Positions 48,601 through 64,000 of a stretch of DNA of 64,000 nt are shown here, in pieces. The stretch is taken from assembly GCA_012295275.1 (NCBI GenBank), contig CM022671.1, positions 5,642,001 to 5,706,000 of the forward strand, written 5' to 3'. The notes beneath the pieces were generated by a model. That model ran no database searches and was not told the DNA's origin. It saw nothing but the letters and a program-made list of their open reading frames with translations. This DNA is from Chrysomallon squamiferum. Taxonomy: Eukaryota > Animalia > Mollusca. The translations under genes and the position numbers were made by a program. Positions within the stretch are counted from its first letter, which is position 1, and every line of letters starts with the position of its first letter.

Positions 48601-50897
48601 TAAAACTGTTTTGATTTCTTACTTTCTGTTAACTATTACCAAAAACCAGCTTCTGTAGTATCTCTAGTTAAAGTTGCTGTGTGAAAGACTAAATAAAATA
48701 AAGTAAAATAAAAAAAATATATAAATAAATAAATAAGAAACAAATGAATTAATGAAAACTTTTAAATTATTTATGTCATTAATACGGATAATACAAGTTA
48801 TAAATGGATTTTAAATTTTAAAAAATAATGAATAATTGTAAATTATATTAACATATGAAGATTTTTGTTGTTGTTATTTATTTTTATATCATTATCTTGT
48901 TGCTGCTTTGCTGTTATCATTAAAAAATATTCAGTATACAGTTACGATCATTAATACGCTGATGTTTTAGTTATCAAAACACACATAAATCATTAATATT
49001 ATATCACCTGTTATTTCTTTCATTTCAAAGTTATTTATCAAATATGCTTGTTTACTTATTTTCATTAAAAAAAAAAATGTTAAAAATTAGCACAAAAACA
49101 TTTTATTTCATTAAACAGTAACTGTAGCCATTTTTGTCATTATTATTGTCTAAGTTGCGTTCATAGATTTTTCAGATTTATTTATTATAATTATTGCTTG
49201 ATATTCAACATTTGTATAAATATTTTTATAATAATTTTACTTACATCATTTTGTTTCATCTTTCACAGTGTAGTTTATCAGATGTACTTGTAAAAACATG
49301 AAAATATATATTAATCAGTTTTTTTTTTTTAGTTTTTTTTTTTATATATATATCTTGTCTCACGTTTAAAATTAAATTAACTTATTTTGTAAAATTGATT
49401 AAAAATATCTTTTCAGACAGATCCACATAATATATTAATCACTATTTTCTGTTGTTTCTGTATACGTTTTATAAATAATAATACTTCCTTCAAGATGTAT
49501 TGAAAATAGATCTGTTATTAAAATCAAGTTATTTGATAGATTAATTTATATTAATAATATGATGTTTTGTAAGCTGCTTACATAACCTTCTCCAAAAATG
49601 TTAATAAATATAAAAAATGAATGTTTCTATGGTGCAGAATTCATGCAAAATTTAATAAAATTATTAAATATAGTATTAAACTTACAACAAATATACTGCC
49701 TTAATTTCTGTGTTTGCAGACAAAGATCCTATGTCCTACTTTAAAATTTCTTGACTTTTTTATCTTGTATTTTTTTGCTTGTTATTATTTATTTGGTTAT
49801 TAGTTTTATTATTATTTATTCTTATTTTATTATTTATTAGCATTATTTTTACTTTTTATTAATTATTTATTATTACTTTTATTTTCATAGTTATATATTT
49901 TTTTTTGGTTCATATAAAGACACTAAATGTCAGCTAATATATGCAAAAATGAGTATTTACACACATACTACCTGAAGAAATATTTTTCCTGAAACATTCA
50001 CAGCTCCATCTTTAACATTTTTTTCTAAATCTACCACTAGATAAACAATTAAACTGAAAACAATTTTTTTACTTTATTAGTATATCTGCTGGGTGACCAT
50101 TTAATTACATTATTTATATTTTTTGTAACGTTGACAATTTTAAATTACGCAAAACGTGAGCATTATTTTGTGTTGTTAGTGATGGTGTGTTGTTAGTCTT
50201 GCATGTGTTTGTGTTGTGATAGAAAGAGGAAAGGATGAACATGTGTATTCATTAATGTAAATAAATCAGATTTTTTATTTGTCACTGACTGATATGTAAT
50301 CTAGATCTTTTGTTTACCTATTTTGCCAACTGGATTGTTTCTGTACTGCTCATGAATGCAAAAAAAGAAACAGAATAAACTTAATTTTAGAAAAAAAAAA
50401 TATATATATTGTGTTTGTTATTTATTTGTTTTATTTAATAAAAAGTTATTTATATTTTTGTTGTTAAATTTATTAGAAATACTGGCTTAGATTTTATTTA
50501 CTTTTTATTTAATAATAAGTTGTTTTTTATGTTTTGTTGAAGTTATCAGAAATAGTGGCTTTAATTTTATTTATTATTTTATTTAATAATATACGGCTTA
50601 TGTTTTGTGTAAGTTATTGGAAATATTAACATAAAAATTCTTTGATTTCTTGATTAGCAAAGTTTTCAGTAATTCCTGTTCTGTAGAAAGTGTACAGATC
50701 AGTAACAAGATCAACACTTATTTCCCATTCCAAACCACAAATGACTAAACATAAAGAATTAACAAACAAGTGAGGAAAAATATGGATTTTTATACCATAT
50801 ATATATATATGTATATATACATCTTAAATTTTTGTAATATTTTTCCACATCCTTTTTTTCAAGACAAATAACAATTTCAACTTGATGAAAATAATAT

Positions 50898-59072
<8,175 letters not shown>

Positions 59073-59159
59073 TTATTAAAATTATATTCTGAAAAGAAAA
59101 AAAAAAAGAAAGAAAAAAGTTTAAAACTGATTTAAGGTTTATAATAACAACAACAATAC

Positions 59160-59280
<121 letters not shown>

Positions 59281-59688
59281 TTATAATTATAGTTATACTA
59301 CAGTTATTAAGTGAGTTAATGTTATTCCGACACTCCATAAAATAACATGACATCGTCGAAGATGGTCTTTTTACATTTGGTTTAGCACACTTTTAATGAA
59401 ACGTACATTATAATATCCTTTTCTTCAAAGAAAAACTTCCAAATTGCCTCGGTAACAAACAACAATGTTCGAATTCAAAATAAATAACTTCAACTTCTTC
59501 GATTTACATCCATAATGAAGGGGAAGTAATTTTGTATCTTCCTGTCTCGATTAACTTGGATTCTTACTGAAAACAAAAATCTAGATCGATCACGACAATA
59601 AACTTTTCGGTCTATGTCATGCAATTTGTATAATTTTCATCAGTCTTTAAAATAAATGAATGTATGAATGAATGAATGAATGAATGAA

Positions 59689-59723
<35 letters not shown>

Positions 59724-59969
59724 GTAAATAAGTAAAAAGCAAAAATGATCCAAACTATTATTAAGATTACTTGGAAAGGTGTAGTTCCTGCTCACAGATT
59801 CTTCTCTTAAATTTCGTATTAAATTGTCACAATCTCTGCAGATGATATCTGGGTTCTTGAAGTGTTAAAATGTTGACTATATGCCATAGTTTAATTGGCT
59901 ACAAATACTTTAACAAGTACTACAAATACTTTAATCTTCAAAGTGCCAAGTATTGGTGTATTTAATAGC

Positions 59970-60045
<76 letters not shown>

Positions 60046-60062
60046 GTCTGAAGTACGTGCAT

Positions 60063-60165
60063 TCTGTTTTAAATAATATTTTATATCAGAGAGAGATAGA
60101 CAGACAGACATACAGACAACGAACTAACCTGTTGTTGGTGATATTTAAGACAGGATGTCATTGTC
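60063..60165 (-). pseudogene. Decayed duplicate of the SPT6 exon 22 3' end, donor site and adjacent intron (source about 17827-17921)
   Basis: tctgttttaaataatattttata is identical in both places. gaactaacctgttgttggtgatatttaagacag--gatgtcattgtc aligns to gaactgacctgctgtgggtgatatttaagacagaggacgtcatcgtc. Both copies are preceded by a long (GA)n tract. Confidence 0.8.
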
Positions 60166-60888
60166 AAGTGCAGATACAAACTGTACAAATCATCATTATA
60201 TAGTGTTGCAGTGAATATGCTGTTATTTAATAATAATAAAATTAAAAATAAATAAATTTTAAAAAATGAAGGGAAAATATATTTATATTAGTATTAATAA
60301 TATACTGTGAATAATATACATTTCGTCCTTTTTTTCATTATGAATTCTAGCTTATCAGTAAAATTTAAGAGAAGCTACTTATATAGTATTCTCAAAGCTT
60401 GAATGCAACATCCATTTTGATTCTTTTTTATGTATATAAACTAATTAAAATATGTTATATAAAATAATGAAAAATAATAATAATACAACAAACCAGAATT
60501 ACACTAAACTATTTTTTTTTTTTTTTTTTTTTTTGATTAAAGATAGATCTTTTGTTTTTCACATTATTTTATTCTATTTATTTATTTATTTATTAATTTA
60601 TTTTTTATTTTTATTATTTTTTTTCATTATTATTTTTTTTTTTTTTTATTCTTATTCTTATTTTTTTGGAATATTATAATTTTGGATTTTTAGTAATTGT
60701 TTTAATAACATTTCAATCCAGAACTATTTTTGTATTCGGCCAGTTAATTAACATATTTTAACACTGTCTTCTTGACAGATAATCAACAGTATTCCATAAA
60801 CTGATGAATAAATAAATTACAATTATTTCTTTTAATATACATTTGACAATTTTGGAATCTTGTTATTACATTTGTGTGTAAAACACTG

Positions 60889-60988
<100 letters not shown>

Positions 60989-61112
60989 CATACTATAAAA
61001 ATAGTACTAGAATAAATAACAGACAATTTACTTAATTCATAACTTTTAAATTTTTTATTTTATTTTATATATATTATTATTATTATTATTACTATTACTA
61101 TTATTATTTATT

Positions 61113-61143
<31 letters not shown>

Positions 61144-61388
61144 TTATTATTTTTAACGATATTTTTCTGCATCCGGATCTTTATCTTTCCCGTTTCGCAT
61201 TTCATCTTACACACAGTTACAAATTTTGCACAGACTTGAAACAAATGTTACTCCATATTTTACGTAATTCCTCGTTTAGACGGAACTTCTTTCGTATTTT
61301 GTTTGAAAATTAAATTTCAAAATTTTAATTTTGCTGCTTTAACATTTTAAACAATCTTCCGCGTGCTGTATGAACAGAAAGTTAATAA

Positions 61389-61424
<36 letters not shown>

Positions 61425-62343
61425 CAAATGATGAACGTGCAAAACGAGAATACTATTGCTGTTAGTTTTCATCGGCTGCATGTACAGTCTATCCGGTAAA
61501 ATTCTTTGTGTCCTTTGAACATACAGTGAATGGAATTGACATTTATTATATTTACACTGTGACATTTACTGTCATCCATGTAGGTTTGTCTGCGTAACGG
61601 CTTGGCGCTGTTAGTGCGTGTCAGTGAATTCCTTCTGGAATGTTCAAAACTGTTCCTCATTACGTAAGCAGCTAAGCTATCGAAGAACGAGATTCCAAGC
61701 GATCAGGCTTTCAGAATCCGTGAATGAGTTTCCTAGTACACTTCCACAGTTCGACTGGAATGAATGCTTGAGCCGTTTCTCGAAAGAGATTCTCGAATGT
61801 CTCAGGTTGCCTGCCAAAGTGGAATGATTCTAGTGTCAACGATAAAGCCAGAGTAAATTACTGTCGAAAGTTTCCCGAGCCAAGTGGAAACGAAGTAACC
61901 GTTGCCTTAATTTGATTATTATCATCATTGTCGTCTTTATTTCAGAGATTATAACAGGCTTTGGCTTGATGTATGAAGCATTAGTATATCAAACGCATTT
62001 GTTTTAGAACCATAATCTTGATGCATCAAATATTAGTAATTCAAACATGTTGTTTTTGGAACCATCATCTTGATGAATGAAGTATTGGTGAGTCAAAAGC
62101 GTTGTTTTTGGAACCACAGTTCTGTTAAAAAGGGTTATTCAGAGGCTTTGCTTTTAACATCAGTTCCCGATGTACTGATATAATCATACACAGTTTGTAA
62201 ATGTTGAGACGTGTTTTATTCAGCATAAAACTTATTTCATTTTAAAGCTTTCAATTGTTTTTGTATTTCGCTTGTCCTTTATACTTCTTCTTTTCTTTTT
62301 TTTTTAACATATATATATATTTTTTTTTTTAAATTATTTTTAT

Positions 62344-63192
62344 TTATTTATTTTCTCTTTTCTTTTTCTTCGAATCCTTCAATTTTGTATTGATGCATGA
62401 CGAATAACTGCTAATTTTGTTACCATGACACGAGCAATAGACGTATTCATAGTATTCGTAAAAACTGCTGGTGATCAGAGGCAGGGGCATCCCTATGATG
62501 ACGATACCGCTTAAGGCACACAGAGAGGCAATGATACGTCCCAGCGTCGTGGATGGGATGAAATCGCCGTAGCCCACGGTGGACATCGTAATCAGAGCCA
62601 TCCACATCCCAGAGTAGGTGGTGCCCAGCGTGGTCTCAGCCATCATTTCCGTGCAGTAGAACATCCCGCCGTAGAAGATCGTTGCTATAGCAACGAACGT
62701 GACCAGCATCCGTATCTCATTGCGGCTCGTCCGCACCGATATTCTCAGCAGCTTGAAGATCTCGTAGCTGTTTTCCATGAGGCGGAGACGCGAGAACCGC
62801 GTCAGACTGAGCAACTGGAGGAACTGGTAGGCGGGCACGCGTCCGGGGACCGTCCAGTACGTCGGATCGGCGTAGAAGATCAGCAGAAGAGTCCAGTTTG
62901 ACAGCAGGTACACCATTTCTACCACGAACTCGAACGAGCGGCAGAAGTCGAGCAGAACCGGAGCGCACACGGTTCTTGTTACCAGCACGACGGTGAAGAA
63001 GACGGTGCAGAACATCTCCAGAGCGTTGAGCGCCGGGTGTGGGTTGGTGCTGACAAGCATGTCGGTAAGGGTCTCGTATTTTTTTAGTGAGGTCGAGTTC
63101 GAGTGGACAGGATAACGAAACCGCGCATTTGTTGAAAAGAAAAGGAGGCTTATAGAAAGAACGATCATGAACTTGTATACCCAGGACCACCA
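62344..63192 (-). CDS. Voltage-gated K+ channel (Shaker-superfamily, Kv3/Shaw-like, divergent), S1-S6 exon
   Basis: Acceptor ttttcag|TGG at 63192, open to stop at 62344. Six hydrophobic segments, pore helix and filter GMWMALITMSTVGYGDFIP, S6 LSGIVIIGMPLP, S4-like TRFSRLRL. Confidence 0.88.
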   Translation of the reverse strand, partial: WWSWVYKFMIVLSISLLFFSTNARFRYPVHSNSTSLKKYETLTDMLVSTNPHPALNALEMFCTVFFTVVLVTRTVCAPVLLDFCRSFEFVVEMVYLLSNWTLLLIFYADPTYWTVPGRVPAYQFLQLLSLTRFSRLRLMENSYEIFKLLRISVRTSRNEIRMLVTFVAIATIFYGGMFYCTEMMAETTLGTTYSGMWMALITMSTVGYGDFIPSTTLGRIIASLCALSGIVIIGMPLPLITSSFYEYYEYVYCSCHGNKISSYSSCINTKLKDSKKKKRENK

Positions 63193-63947
63193 CTGAAAAA
63201 ACAACAACAACAATAACAACAACAACAACAACAATAATAATAATAATAATAATATAATAATAGCAATAACAATAATATCAATAACATAAAACAATAATAA
63301 TATTAATAACCATAATAATATAATTAATAGAAATAATAAGAAAAATAACAATAATAGTAGTAATAATGACAACAACAACAACAACAACAACAATAATAAT
63401 AGTATTATTATTATTTTTTTATTATTATTAGTAGTAGTAGTAGTAGTAGTAGTAGCAATTCTAATAATAATAGTATTGAATGTAATAGCAAAAGAAAGAA
63501 CACTAATGTTAGTAATAATGAAAAATAAAGTAACAATCATTTCAGTATATTAACTAGTTAGTAAATACATTTGATGTAGATAGTGGCTCACTGATTACGG
63601 CATAATACACAGCAGGATCACTCCTCCCTTTCGGCTATTTCTTGTACCTTTCAGTGATTAAAAAACGTGTTTTGTGTTTTTCCATCATAAGATGTTTAAA
63701 AATGATTTTTTTTTTTTTTTTTTTTTTTTGCTTCTCTGAATGAGTAGCCGGTGGAAATGCATTAACGGAATTCATATCTAATATCATTAGACAAGAAAAC
63801 GTATCACTGACTAAATAATAACTGCTTATATCAAAGCAAGTTCAGATGTTCACTCAAACCCGCTGTTACTAATCAGTGGGCTAACAACGAAGAACAGAAC
63901 GCGGGAACGAAACTGAGCAACACATCAGGTAATAATTGAATACTCAC

Positions 63948-64000
63948 CTTAGCTTTTCTGGAAAATTCGGGGTCTTCGAGGAATTCCCAGAGAATCTCTT
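63948..64000 (-). CDS. Upstream exon (3' end only) of the same Kv channel gene, pre-S1 linker
   Basis: Translates EILWEFLEDPEFSRKAK followed by the donor |gtgagt, phase 0, matching the 63192 acceptor. WxxLEDPxxSxxAK is the typical Kv T1-S1 linker. Confidence 0.85.

Noticed and set aside
62717-63193. 158-aa alternative-frame ORF in the Kv exon
   Set aside because: Expected by-product of high GC content, with no independent evidence.
63193-63540. Long hydrophobic N-terminus of the 398-aa ORF
   Set aside because: Intronic (TTA/TTG)n repeats read in frame. The true exon starts at the acceptor at 63192.

Overview
AT-rich, microsatellite-dense animal genomic DNA, invertebrate and probably lophotrochozoan/mollusc-like (an inference from composition and gene content). 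It holds five intron-containing genes, reconstructed by hand from GT-AG sites and reading phase: the last exon of USP32 (+, ending in the CaaX motif CVLQ); a complete 37-coding-exon SPT6/SUPT6H (-, about 1724 aa); a 6-exon PPTC7 (+, 307 aa) head-to-head with SPT6; a 10-exon MAPK7/ERK5 (-, about 1220 aa); and the 3' part of a divergent voltage-gated K+ channel (-). The most striking unexplained structure is that at least six splice sites in three genes have been tandemly amplified into the adjacent intron together with a few exon bases. This creates arrays of decoy donors or acceptors, several of which lead to a nearby in-frame stop. Other oddities: ERK5 has a TQY activation loop and a frameshift inside a 21-nt coding minisatellite that a new GT donor could rescue; one SPT6 junction needs a +4 shifted donor; a decayed copy of a SPT6 exon/intron junction lies 42 kb away; and a G-quadruplex motif sits 2 nt after the SPT6 stop codon. 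Gene names come from my recollection of orthologue sequences. No database search or RNA evidence was available.
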